DNA of 64,000 nt from Mobula hypostoma (lineage: Eukaryota): assembly GCF_963921235.1 (NCBI RefSeq), contig NC_086097.1, positions 82,958,001 through 83,022,000 on the forward strand, written 5' to 3'. Below are positions 12,938 to 25,682 of this stretch, in pieces. The notes under the pieces were generated by a model. That model was not told where the DNA came from, ran no database searches, and saw only the letters and a program-made list of their open reading frames with translations. Position numbers and translations under genes: made by a program. The stretch's first letter is position 1. Each line of letters begins with the position of its first letter.

Positions 12938-15900
12938 CATAAGGCCATAAAACATAGGAGCAGAATTAGGTCATTCAGCCCATCGAGTCTGCTCCACCAT
13001 TCCATTATGGCTGATTGGCTGATCCTGGATCCCACTTAACCCCATACACCTACCTTCTCTCCATATCCTTTGATGCCCTGACCAATCAGGAAACTATCAA
13101 CTTCCGTTTTAAACATACCCACGGACTTGGCCTCTACCACAGTTTGTGGAAGAGCATTCCACAGATTCACTACTTTCTGGGTAAAAAAATTCCTCCTTAC
13201 CTCTGTTCTACAAGGTGGCCCCTAAATTTTGAGGCTGCGCCCTCTAGTTCTGCATACCCCCACCAGAGGAAGCTCCTCTCCACATCCACCTTATCTAGTC
13301 CTTTCAACATTCAGTAGGGTTCAATGAGATCCCCTCTCATTCTTTAATTTCCAGTGAGTACAGGCCCAAAGCTGCAAAACGCTCCCTATATGTTAACCAC
13401 TTCATTCTCAGAATCATCCCCGTGAACTTCCTCTGGACTCTCTCCAAGGACAACACATCCTTTCTGAAATATGGGGCCCAGAACAGTTGACAATACTCCA
13501 AGTGCAGCCTAACTAGTATCATAAAGCATTATCTCCCTGTTTTTATATTCTATTTCCATTGAAATAATTGCCAATATTGCATTTGCCTTCTTTGCTACAG
13601 ACTCAACCTGTAAATTCACCTTCAGGGAACCTTACAGGAGGACTCCTAAGTCCCTTTGCAACCCTGATGTCTGAATTTTCTCCCCATTTAGATAATAGTC
13701 TGCACTATTGTTCATCTTACCCAGATGCATTATCATACGTTTCCCTGAACACTGTATTCCATCTGCCACTTTTTTGCCCATTCTTCCAATTTGTCTAAGT
13801 CCTGCTACAATCGCCTTGCTTCCTCAGTACCACCTACCCCTCCACCTATCTTTGTATCAGCCACAAAGCCATTAATTCCATTATCTAAATCATTGACAAA
13901 CAATGTGAAAATAAGTGATCCCAATACTGACCCCTGAGGTACACCACTAGTCACTGGCAGCCAACCAGAAAAGGCCCCCTTTATTCCCACTCACTGCCTC
14001 CTGCCTGTCAGTCACTCCTCTATCTATGTCAGTATCTTTGTGCAATGCCTTGGGATTTTATCTTGTTAAGCAGCCTTATGTGTGGCACCTTATCAAATGC
14101 CTTCTGAAAATCTAAGTAAATGACATCCACTGCCTCTCCTTTGTCCACTCTGTTTGTTAATTTCTCAAAGAACTCTAACAGTTTTGTCAGGCAAGATTTA
14201 TCTTGACAGAAACCATGCTGACTTTGAATTATTATATCATTAGTCTCCAAGTACCCCAAAAACAACATCCTTAACAATAGACTCCAACACTTTCCTGACC
14301 AATGAGGTTAGGCTAACTGGTCTATAGTTTCTTTTCTTTTGCCCTCCTCTCTTTAAAGTGTGGAGTGACATTTGCAATTTTCCAGTCCTCCAGGACCATG
14401 CCAGAATCAAGTGATTCTTGAAAGATGATAACCAATGTATCTGTTATCTCTGCAGTAACCTCTCTCAGGATGCTGGGATGTAGTCCATCTGGTCCAGGTG
14501 ACATCCACCTTAAGACCTTTGACTTTGCTGAGCACTGTTGCCTTTGTAACAGCAATGGCACTCACTCCTGCTCCCTGACACTCATGGACCTCTGGCACAC
14601 TGCCAGTGTCTTTCACAGTGAAGACTGATGCAAAGTACTCAGTAAGTTCATCTGCCATTTCTTCATTCCCTATTACTACCTCAGCAGCAAAATTTTCCAA
14701 TATCTACTCTGACCTCCATTTTATTCTTTATATAACTGAAAAAGCTTTTGGTATCCTGTTTTACATTATTGTCTAGTTTGCCCTCAAATTTCATCTATTC
14801 CCTTCTTATAGCTTTCTTAGTTGTGTTTTGTTGGATTTTAAAAGCTTCCCAATCATCCAACTTCCCACTCACTTTTGCTACCTAATATGCCCTTTTCTTG
14901 GCTTTTATGCAGTCCTTAACTTCCCTTGTCAGCCACAGTTGCCTACCCCTGCCATTTAAGAACCTCTCCTTCTGTTAATTCTGCGCTTTGTGAACTATTC
15001 CAGAAACTTCAGTCGTCTCTGTTCTGCCGTCATCCCCAGCAGAATCCTTCTCCAATCCATCTGGGCAAGCTCCTCTCTCATGCCTCTGTAATCCTTTCAT
15101 TCCATTGCAATACTGATACATGTGACTTATGCTTCTCCCTCTCAAACTGCAGTATGAATTCAATCACATTACGATCACTGCCTCCTAAGGGTTCCTTTAT
15201 GCTGAGCTCCCTAATAAGATCTGACACCCATTTAAGATAGCCTTTGCCCTAGCAGACTCAAGCACAAGCTGTTCTAAAAAGCCCATCTTGTAGGCATTCA
15301 ACGAGTCCTCTCTCTTGCGATCTGACACCAACCTGATTTTTCCAATCCCCTTGCATATTGAAGTCCCCCATTACAATTGTGACATTACCCTTATTACATG
15401 CCTTCTCCAGCTCCCTTTGCAATTTCAACTCAACACCTTGGCTACTATTTGGAGGCCTATATATGCTTCCCATAATGTTTTTTTTTTCACTTTTGCAGTT
15501 TCCTAACTCTGCCCATAAGGATTCAACATTCTCTGACCCTATCACAAACAAGGGAAAATCTGCAGATGCTGAAAATCCAAGCAACACACACAAAATGCTG
15601 AAGGAACTCAGCAAGCAGGGCAGCATCTATGGAAAAGAGTATAGATGACATTTCAGGCTGAGATCCTTCAGCAGGATTCTTTGACCCTATGTCACTTCTT
15701 TCTAAAGATGTAATTCTATCTCTTACCAACAGAGCGACGCGACCACCTATGCTTTCCTGCCTGTCGTTTTGATACAATACAAATTATATCCATTGAAGTT
15801 AAGCTCCCAACTATGGCATTCTTTCACCAACTACTCAGTGATGCCCACATTATACCAACCAATCTCTAATTGCACCACAAGTTTGTCCACCTTATTCTGA

Positions 15901-16392
15901 ATGCTACTCACATTTAAATACAGCTACTTCAGTCCTGCATTCTTTGCCCTTTTAAATTTTGCCTCTGTGGTACAATTTAACTCTTTGCTCTGTCTGCATT
16001 TGTACCCAATCATTGGCTTGTAATTCCTTACATCCATGTTACACCCATCATCTACCTGCTGGCTCATCCTCAACTCTATCATCCTGTCATATTAGTTTAA
16101 ACCACTCCCAAAAGCTCTAGTAAACCTGCCCACAAGAATATTGCCCCCCGCCCTCGGATTCAAATGCAACCCATTCCTTTTGTACAGTTCACACCTACCC
16201 CAGAAGAAGTCCCAATTATCCAGAAATCTGAATCAATCCCTGCCCGTTGCTCCAATTCATCAGCTACGCATTTGTCGGCCACTTCATTCTATTCCTATCC
16301 TCACTGTTGCATGGCACAGGCAGTAATTCAAAGATTACTCCCCTTGGAGTCCAGCTTCTTAGCTTCCTTCCTATCTCCCTGTATTCTGTTTT
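12938..16392 (-). mobile_element. CR1 LINE, 5'-truncated in ORF1, degenerate ORF2
   Basis: IYRPPNS..IVMGDFN, SPGPDGLHP..WKIANVTP, QHGF..SCLTKLLEFF..DVIYLDFQKAFDKVPH, SGVPQGSVLG and VRLHLEYC motifs. CR1 3' tail at ~12938-12985; ORF1 C-terminal remnant at ~16100-16390. Confidence 0.92.
15543..15675 (-). mobile_element. Solo PLE terminal-repeat (pLTR) unit with degenerate hammerhead
   Basis: Sequence AAAATCTGCAGATGCTG..CACACAAAATGCTGAAGGAACTCAGC..GCAGCATCTATGGAAAAGAG. Flanked by ATTCTCTGACCCTAT (15528-15542) and ATTCTTTGACCCTAT (15676-15690). Confidence 0.8.
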
Positions 16393-16704
16393 CATTGGTG
16401 TTTCCAAACCAGGCTGTGATGCAACTAGTCAATATACTCTCCACCACATAGCTCTTGAAGTTCATTGAAGCTTTAGATGTCATGCCGTATCTTTGCAAAC
16501 TTCTAAGGAAGTAGAGGCATTGCTTCATAAATGCACTTGTGTGCTGGACTCAGGACAGGTTCTCTGAAATGATAACACCAAGGAATTTAAAGTTGCTGAC
16601 CCTCTTCACCTCTGATCCCCCAAAGGACCTCTAGTTTCCTCCTCCTTATGTCAGTAATCAGCTCTTTGGTCTTGCTGAAATTGAGTGAGAGGTTGTTGCT
16701 GTGG

Positions 16705-16793
16705 CAAAATGCTGGAGGAACTCAGCAGGTCAGGCAGCATCTATGGAAGTTAATAGACAGTTGACAATTCAGGTCAAGACCCTTCTTCAGGAT
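16705..16793 (-). mobile_element. PLE pLTR fragment at a deletion junction in the Rex1-like LINE
   Basis: CAAAATGCTGGAGGAACTCAGCAGGTCAGGCAGCATCTATGGAA..GACCCTTCTTCAGGA; same repeat as 15543, 22077, 57495 and 61320. Confidence 0.75.
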
Positions 16794-18009
16794 GCTTCAA
16801 CTCGCTTCTCATGCAGGGCTTGATGTGCTTTATCTCCAACCTCTCAAAACACTTCATCACAGCGGACAATAGTCATTGAGGGAAGTCATTACGTTCTACT
16901 TAGGCACTGGTGTAATTGAAGCCTGCTTGAAACAGGTGGGTACCTCAGAATGCCAAAGTGAGACATTAAAAATATTTCTGAACACTCCAGCCAGTTGATC
17001 AGCACAGTATTTAGTACTCGGCCAGGTATCCCATCTGGACCAGATACTTTCTGTGGGTTCACCCTCCTGAAGAATGCTCTCACGTCCGACTCAGAGACCA
17101 AAATCACAGGATCATTGGGGGCTGTAGTAGTCAGTGAAGATTCTTCTATATTTTGACAGTCAAAGTGAGCATTGAGCTCATTGGAAGTGAAGTCCTGTTG
17201 TCACCTTTTCACCTGATTTCACTTTCTAAGAGGTAATATCATTCAATCCCTGCCACAGCTGTTAGTATCCTTTGTTCATTCAAGTTTGGTCCATAATTAT
17301 CACTTTGACCATGAGATGGCTTTCTGGGGATCATACCTGGACCTCTTTATCTTACTTGGTCACCAGACCTGAATGACTCTGATCTGGCCCTCAACAGGTT
17401 GTGGATATCATGGTTCATGAGCGGCTTCTGGTTGGGGAAGACTGAATGATTTTGTGGGTGCCAACCATGGTGTATTCATTCAGATTCACTGATGAATCCT
17501 TGAACACAGCCCAGTCTACTGACTCGAAACAATTCTTTAGCCGCTCCTCGATCTCCCACGACCACCTCTTTGTTGTCCTAATCTCCAGACCCTTGTTCTT
17601 TAACTTCTGCCTGTATTCAGGTAGGAGTTGGACAGCCAAGTGATCAGATTTCCTAAAATACAGTCTCAGCATGGAAGGTAGGCATTCTTTATCATAATAA
17701 AGAGTAGTCTAGTGTGTTGGGACCTCTGATGCTAGAGGTTATATGCTGATGGTAATTGAGCAGGGCTTTCTTCAATCAAGCCTGGTTGAAGTCCTCCACT
17801 AAGATTTTGAATACATCAGGATAGACTGTTTCTTGTTTGGAGATGGCATCATGCAGTATCTCAAATGCTTGATTATATTTGGCCAATGCTGGTATGTAAA
17901 TTGCAGTCAGGGTCATGGAGGAGGGCTACCTTGGTAAATACAACAGACTGCATATGATCATTAGGTGTCCCAGGTCAGGGAAACATGAGTACAACAAAAC
18001 TGCTGCATT

Positions 18010-21000
18010 ACATAAGAACTAGGAAAAAAAGAAATAGGAGCAGGAGTCGGCCATCTGGCCCATTAAGCCTGCTCTGCCATTCAATAAGAACATGGCTGAT
18101 CTGACAATGGACTCATCTCCACCTACCTGCCTTTTCCCCATAACCCTTAATTCCCTTACTATGCAAAAATCTATCCAGCTTTGTCTTAAATATATTTACT
18201 GAGGTAGCCTCTACTGCTTCATTGGGCAGAGAATTCCACAGATTCACCACTCTCAGGGAAAAGCAGTTCCTTATCTCCATTCTAAATCTACTCCCCCGAA
18301 TCTTGAGGCTATGTCCCCTAGTTCTAGTCTCACCTTTATACTTTATACTTTATACTTTTATACTTTATACTTTATTGTCGCCAAACAATTGATACTAGAA
18401 TGTACAATCATCATAGCGATATTTGATTCTGCGCTTCCCGCTCCCTGGATTACAAATTGATAGTAAATATTAAAAATTTAAAATATAAATCATAAATAGA
18501 AAATAGAAAAATAGAAAGTAAGGTAGTGCAAAAAAACCGAGAGGCAGGTCCAGATATTTGGAGGGTACGGCCCAGATCCGGGTCAGGATCCGTTCAGCAG
18601 TCTTATCACAGTTGGAAAGAAGCTGTTCCCAAATCTGGCCATATGAGTCTTCAAGCTCCTGAGCCTTCTCCCGGAGGGAAGAGGGACGAAAAGTGTGTTG
18701 GCTGGGTGTGTCGTGTCCTTGATTATCCTGGCAGCACTGCTTCACCTACCAGTGGAACCAACTTTCCTGCCTCTGTCTTATCTATTCCTTTCATAATTTT
18801 ATATGTTTCTATAAGATCTCCTCTCATCCTTCTGAATTCCACTAAGCACAGTCCCAGGCAACTCAATCTTTCCTCATGGTCTAAAACCCTAATCTCTGGA
18901 ATCAACCTGGTGAAACTCCTCTGCACTGCCTCCAAAGCCAGTATGTACTTCCTCAAGTCAGGAGACCAGAACTGCATGCTGTTCTTCAAGTGTGGTCTCA
19001 CCAGCACCCTGTACAGTTGCAGCATAGCCTCCCTGCTATAAAATTCAAACCCTCTAGCAATGAAGGCCAACAGTCCATTTGCCTTCTTGATAGCCTGCTG
19101 CACCTGCAAACCAACCTTTTGCGATTCATGCACAAGCACTCCCAAGTCCCTCTGCACAGCAGCATGTTGCAATTTTTTTTTAACCATTTAAATAATAATC
19201 TGATCTTCCATTTTTCCTTCCAAAGTCGATGACCTCGCATTTACCTACATTGTACTCCATCTGCTAGACGCTTGCCCATTCAATTAACCTATCTATATCT
19301 CTCTGAAAACTCTCCGTATCCTCTGCACAATTTGATTTTCCATTCAATTTAGTATCATCAGCAAACTTAGATACACTACATATGGTCCCCTTTTCCAGAT
19401 TGTTAATGTATATATTGTGAACAGTTGTGGGTCCAGCACCAACCCCTGCAGCACACCACTCACTACTGATTGCCAACCAGAGAAACACCCATGTATCCAT
19501 GTATCCTAACTCTCTGCTTTCTATTGGTTAATCAATCCTCTATCCATGCTAACACATAACCCCCAATTCTATGCATCCTTATCTTATGGATAAATCTTTT
19601 ATGCGGCGCCTTATCAAACACCCTCTGGAAATCCAAGTAAATAATGTCCATCTGTTCCCCTCTATCCACTATGCCTGTTATATCCTCAAGGAGCTCCAGT
19701 AAATTTGTCAAACAGGACCTGCCTTAGTTGAATCCATGCTGGATTTGCCTGATGGATCCATTTCTTTCCAGAAGCCTCACTATTTCTTCTTTAATGATAG
19801 CTTCAAGCATTTTCCCAACTCCAGATGCCAAACTAACTGGCCTATAGTTACCTGCCTTTTGCCTGCGTCCTTTTTTGAGCAGAGGTGTAACATTCGCCGT
19901 CTTCCAATCTGCCAGGACATGCCCAGAGTCCAGAGAATTTTAGTAAATTATCACCAAAGTCTCTACTATAACTTCTGCCATTTCTTTCAGTACCCTGGGG
20001 TGCATTCCATCAGGACCAGGGGACTTGTCTATCTTTAGGCCCACAAGTTTGCTCAGCATTACCTCTTTTGCGATAGTTATTGTATCGAGGTCCTCACTTC
20101 GCACCACATCCATATCATCTCTCTTCGGCATGTTAGACATTGTCTCCACCGTGAAGACTGACACAAAATAGTCATTCAAAGCCTTGGCCATTTCCTCATT
20201 ACCCAATATCAATTCCCCCTTCTCGTCCTCCAAGGGACCTACATTCATCTTGGCCACCCTTTTCCTCTTTATACAATTATAAAAACTTTTACTCTCTATT
20301 TTTATATTTTTTGCTAGTGTAGTTTCATACTTATCTTCCATTTCTTTATTGCTCACTTAGTGGTTCTTTGTTCCCATTCTTCCAGTTTCTCACTATTCTT
20401 GGCAATTTTGTACACATGATCTTTTAGTTTGATGCCTTCCTTTATTCCATTAGTTATCCAAGGCTGGCTCTCCCCACCTTTAATGTCCTTGGTTTTAATT
20501 GGAATATACTTTTGTTGAGCACCACGAAAAATCTCTTTGAAGGTCTTCCACCGTTCCTCAACCATCCCACCATATAGCCTGTGTTCCCAGTCTATCCTAT
20601 CCAACTCCTCCCTCATCCCATTGTAGTCTCCCTTGTTTAGGCATAATACACTGATTTTAGATTGAACTATTGCACGCTCCAATTGTATGAGAAACTCAAT
20701 CATACCGTGATCACTCTTTCCAAGAGGATCCCTAACTACAAGATTGCTAATTTTACATATCTCATTGCACAGGACCAGATCCAAGATAGCATGTTCCCTT
20801 GTAGGTTCAGTAACATGCTGTTCAAGAAAGCCAACGTGCGCATTCTGTGAAGTCCTCCTCAAATCTGCCTTGTCCAAATTGATTCACCCAATCTATGTGC
20901 ACAATAACTGCTGTTCCATTCTTACATGCCTCAGATATTTCTCAGTTTATTGCCTTTGCCACTGTAAAGTTATTAGTCGGTGGTCTATAGACAACTCCCA

Positions 21001-21250
21001 CCAGTTATTTTTTTCCCTTTTCTATTCTTAAACTCTACCCAGATGGATTCAATATCTGCTCCTTAGATCTTATATCATCTCTCATTATCACCCTGATCTC
21101 ATCCTTCATTAAGAGTGCTACCCCACCTCCCTTACCTTCCTGCCTATCCTCCTGTATTATCTGATATCCTTGTATATTTAATTCACAGTTCTCTCCACCT
21201 TGCAACCACATTTCTGTAATGGCTACTAAATCATACCCATCGTACTAAAT
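18010..21250 (-). mobile_element. CR1 LINE (second subfamily), ORF2 degenerate
   Basis: FLEQHVTEPTREHAILDLVLCN..LGKSDH, KSPGPDGMHPRVLKE, SKFADDTKL, QRDLGVLVHES and MRGDLIETYKIMKG motifs. Tail CATAAGAAC..ATAGGAGCAGGAGTCGGCC at ~18011. CATT at both junctions (18006-18009, 21251-21254). Confidence 0.92.
18336..18741 (-). mobile_element. Rex1-like LINE 3' end with (GTATAAA)n tail, nested in CR1
   Basis: (TTTATAC)n at ~18335-18370 followed by TTTATT. TSD TCACCT at 18330-18335 and 18742-18747. Confidence 0.88.
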
Positions 21251-22076
21251 CATTGGAGCACGCAGAGAGTTTATCATGGAACACACACTCCCACCTTTTG
21301 CCTTTTCTGAATCAGCAGTTCAGTCCATCCTGTGTATCCAGAAGCCTTCATGTCTGGTGTGCTCAGAGTAAGCCATGCCTCAGTAAAACACAGAACACAA
21401 CAACTCCTCATTTCCCTGTGATACAGCAATCTTGACCTCAGGTCCTCTATCTTGTTTTCCAGTCACTGGACATTTGCTATGTTTCTAAATTGCTGGGTAG
21501 AGGGGGCCTCATCCCTCTGCATTTCATCCTGGCTTGGAGTCTCCCCCTCTTGCCTCACTGCTAGCTGTGGCAATGAACCTTCATGGTGTCATACCTGTTT
21601 GCTTTAGAGTTAAGTCCGCCTGAGTCCTTCAGAAGATTGTGAAATCTGCAGTTAAGCCAGTTCAAAAGTACATTGCTTAAAGAGAAATTACACGCTGCAA
21701 ATTGCAGTGAGAATAATTCAAAAGAGGTATATTTAGAAGTTTCATTAGCAGCCTGCGGAACGTTGCCATGGTTCACCGGCGCCGTTTTGATGTTGTACCT
21801 CACCACTGCCACATGTCCTATCACAGTGATTACATTTCATTAGTTCACTCCTTCAGGACATCTGTGAGCTGGGAAGGGCACTTTACGAAGGCAAGCCCCT
21901 CTTTTGCATGGGAATTGATGCTATTTTCTTTTCAGCTGAGATGGATGATTTCAGTGTAAGCTCAGTAGCATCAGTGTATTTATTCACCACGAAGGGAAAT
22001 GCTTCACGTTTAATCCAACACTTTTAAAGGACATGAACAGTCAGTGAAATCTGATGCTACTGCAGAAACAAAATCA

Positions 22077-24965
22077 CAAACACAAGAAAATCTATAGATG
22101 TTCAAAATCCAAGCAACATGCACAAAATGCTCGAGGAACTCAGAAGGCCAGACAGCACCAGGGCCGGATTGTAGTAGGGCCGGAGCCCCTGGGCTGGAGG
22201 CCCTGGTGGGCCCCTGCTGACACTGTAAAATGCTGCTGTACCAAGCAAAAAAAGGCAAGAACAAGTACAAAGGTTGTACTGGTCTAAATATCAAAGCTGT
22301 GGACCAAGACATTGGTTTAGTACAATACGTAGGCTATAAACTTACAGGCCTTAAGGGGGAGGACAGAAAGTAATGCAGATTCTTAGTCTGACGGACAACA
22401 TCTAAAGCACTCAAAAATTGACCTAGGCTTATTTGGCTTAGTAAAGTCATGAGGGAACAAAGTATTATGTACCCAATCTTAAATCTTTATTTAGCTATTG
22501 CTGCACATTCCATAGGCCTTATTCCTCAAACAATGCTAAAGCAATTTTATCCAGGTATTTTTCTCAACCGTGTGTTCTGAGAAAGTAAAATGGAAATGAG
22601 AGACAAAAAGGCCAAGAGAGGTGGCACTATGGCAAATTAGGAAACTTGACAATATTCCAACAATCTTTTTGAATAATGAGATCTAGCACATACTAACCTA
22701 TTGCTGTACTGTGTGGCTTGCAGAGTAAAGACCACTTATTACTTACTAAGTTTGTAAACAGTCAACTATTAGCCTATTGCCACAAAAACAGGAACAGCAC
22801 TGACACACAAGCCCAGATATTTACAAAGTCAGATGCTTGTTTTTCAAAATTAAAGCCTAGTTCTTCTGGATTTCTTCGCAGCAAAGTCCTTGATCAGATC
22901 ACTAAAATCCAATTTCTGAATAAGATCACTTTCAAGTGACATCAGAGTAAGATGACTCAGCCTGTCCTGTCCCATTATGGATCTGAGCCTATGTAGCTGC
23001 CATTATCAGGCCTGCCAAATATGTCACTGGAGCCTCGGATAGTCAGTCCCCTCTCGACCAAAAACTTCACAACCACCAACACTCTTCTTAATACGTCGGT
23101 CCAGTAGACACACTCTGATTTCGAACTGTTTCTGCACTTCTGCATCTATTCTTCCACTGTCAGACGAAAGTATAACGTAGGTCAGTATCGTTTTCCTGCA
23201 GTGTTGGCTATTTTCATGCTCTCCTATGCGCTCAGTGGCATGTTTCCAGTCGTTAAAGCCAGTTTCGAAGATGGACTAACAGTTACCATCACTGAAGATG
23301 CAGCATGCACAACAAAACACACAGCAGGTGGAAGGGGAGTATAAGAGCCATTGCCTTGATAATGTACTCCCATTTACGAGCTTGCGTTTGAAGTGAAATT
23401 TGGAGAAAAAACGTCTCTGCTGTTTGTATACTTGTTCCAAAGCTTTGATATCTACATCCTTATTCTGGCAGGACTCCGGCCCTTTCTTAGCCCAGTATGC
23501 CCGGACTGAATCATTTAACGTTTCCTTTCCCCAGCGAGCAGGATCAGTGCTGTAAGGATCCTCAGTAGCGGTAACTTTAACATAAATGGCGACCCGACTT
23601 GGTTGTTTGGAGGTCTTTGTGGTCGGGAATCCCAAAGTCATGCTCTCTGCCTCTTCAACGTTAGCTGCTGACTGTGGCAAGGACAGTAGTTCTGTGCTAA
23701 CGCTGGTGCTAACGCTAAACTGTTGAACAAGTCTTCGTTTGTCCACCGGTCCCAGACGGTGACAAGAGCGATGGTACTGCTGCATCATCGAGAACAGGTT
23801 TAAAAGATTCTGTCAATTTCAATGTCTTTTTTACTGCTTCCTTCTCATGGTCCTCTTTTTCTTTTTTCTTTTCTGTGCTCCGCTCTCATATTTTTTTTTG
23901 TCCGCCATGATGATAGCTACCTATTTTGGGCCCCTCTGCAGCTCGAGCCCCTGGGCTGCAGCCCAGCCTAGCCCTGCCTAAAGTCCGGCCCTGGGCAGCA
24001 ACTATGGAAAAGAGTAAACAGGTGACATTTTGGGCCAAGACCCTTCATCAGGACTGGAAAGGAAGGGGAGAAGTCAGAATAAAAAGGTGGGGGGAAAGGA
24101 GGAAGAAGTACAAGGTGTTAGGTGAAACCAACAGAGGGAGAGGGGGTGAAGTAAGAGCTGGGAAGTTGATTGGTGAAAGAGATAAAAGGCTGGAGAAGGG
24201 GGAATCTGATAGGAGAGGACAGAGCACCATGGAAGAAAGAGAAGGGGGAGGAATGCCAGAGGTAGGTGATGGACAGGTAGGGAGATGGACACCACGTCAC
24301 CTGCAAGTCTGTTGGGGTCATCTACTGTGTCCAGTGTTCCTAGTGTGGCCTCTGGTATACCGGTGAGACCTGTTGTAAATTGGTAGACTGCTTCTCCAAG
24401 CACCTTCGCTCTGTCTGCCAGAAAAAGCAAGATCTCCCCGGCTACCCATTTCAATTCTACTTTCCATCCCCATTCCGACATGTCAGTCTATGGCCTCCTC
24501 AAGGAGGCCACACACAGGATGGAGGAATAGCACCTTATATTTCATCTGAGTAGCCTCCAATCTGATGACATGAATGTCAATTTCTCAAAATTCCAGTATT
24601 TGCTCCTGCCCCCCTTTACCATTCTCCATTCCTATTTCCCTCTCTCACCTCATATCCTCTGCTGCTCCTCCCCCTTCCCTTTCTTCCATGGTCTTCTGTC
24701 ATCTTCTATCAGATTCTCCCTTCTCCAGCCCTTTTTCTCTTTCACCAAGCAACTTCAAATCTTTTCTTCACCCCCTCCCCTCTCCTGATTTCACCTATCA
24801 CCTACCACCTTGTACTTCTTCCTCCCCTACCCCTACCTTCTTACTCTGACTTCTCCTCTTTTTTCCCCATCCTCATGTAGGGTGCTGGCCCAAAACATTG
24901 ACTGCTTTCTCTTTTCCATAGATGCTGCCTGGCCGGCTGAGTTCCTCCAGCATTTTGTGTGTGTT
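22077..24965. mobile_element. Truncated PLE with inverted pLTR arm; GIY-YIG remnant on + strand; left arm interrupted by hAT
   Basis: Minus-oriented pLTR/3' arm at 22077-22158 plus 23994-24290. Plus-oriented HVTCKSVGVIYCVQCS*CGLWYTGET..FSKHLRSVC (~24292-24418) runs into a plus-oriented pLTR ending CATTTTGTGTGTGT at ~24964. Confidence 0.85.
22159..23993 (-). mobile_element. hAT DNA transposon (ZMYM1-like/TTF-type Zn-finger transposase), internally deleted
   Basis: TIRs CAGGGCCGGA (22159) and TCCGGCCCTG (ends 23993). Degenerate 8-bp TSD GACAGCAC/GGCAGCAA. ORF 23276-23788 contains TDPARW, RFFSKFHFKRKLVNG..RQWLLYSPSTCCVFCCACCIF, followed by GFNDWKH..HENSQH. GGGCCC subterminal motifs. Confidence 0.88.
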
Positions 24966-25682
24966 ACTGCAGAAACAGAAGGTTGGAATAAATTATTACT
25001 ATGAGGAGAAGAGATTTGGTCCTTAACTGTCACTCCTTGTGCTAGTTTCTCCAGGTTTGTGCTAGTTTCTCCAGGTGCTATCCACATCATGAGAATTCTT
25101 TATTGTTTCACCAAGTTTTGTAGTAATTGTCAATGCATGAATATCAGATGCTTTCACAAAACTGTAATAGAGTGCAGGCTAAGAGTTACTACAGCTTCTT
25201 CACTACCAGAACTCCTGCACCTTTGCATGGGTATATCTCTTTGTTGATTGGGTAGTATCACATTGCTTTATGAACTTCAATATTAATGCGGAAATCACGC
25301 TCTGATATGTATTGGACATGGGTATTATTAGATGAAGAGTAAATACTTCCCAATTAGGACTATGAGCTTAAAACATTATACTTTCCCTAGCATTGTTTTT
25401 GTTGACAAGTGAATTCTAGAGTGTATTGGAAATAAATGCATTTAATTATTCCCTACAGTAATATAACTGTTTATGTTAAAAGTTCTATTTCCAGAATTAA
25501 ACACATTCGCTCATCACTATTATCACTCTTGTTCATCCGCCACAATGCCTCTAAATTTTTATCACATTGAAAGCCTTTTAATGAAGTCCTTTGAAAGGCT
25601 GGTCATGTCTTTTACCAAATACATAATTCGAAATTTTCTATATCAATTGCAGTTCGCCGACACAGCGAATAGCTTGATAAAT

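Larger units (their letters stand above)
12365..21790 (-). mobile_element. Near-full-length Rex1/Babar-like LINE broken into segments (~12365-12937, 16393-16704, 16794-18009, 21251-21790) by younger insertions
   Basis: Segments are collinear. 3' UTR/tail at 12365, [76 protein letters not shown], and APE N-terminus LENKIEDLRSRLLYHREMRSCCVLCFTEAWL (~21370-21465). 5' end AAAACGGCGCC at ~21778-21788. Confidence 0.8.

Noticed and set aside
18335..18375. Short tandem repeats (also 2894, 54235, 62760) as CRISPR- or telomere-like arrays
   Set aside because: No spacers; each is a LINE 3' tail adjacent to AATAAA in a eukaryotic context.
21590..21800. Apparent 51-nt minus-strand exon, Kozak ATG and RFX X-box-like GTTGCCATGG in a CpG patch
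   Set aside because: It sits immediately upstream of the Rex1-like APE start and ends at an AAAACGGCGCC LINE-type 5' terminus, so it is best explained as the LINE 5' UTR.
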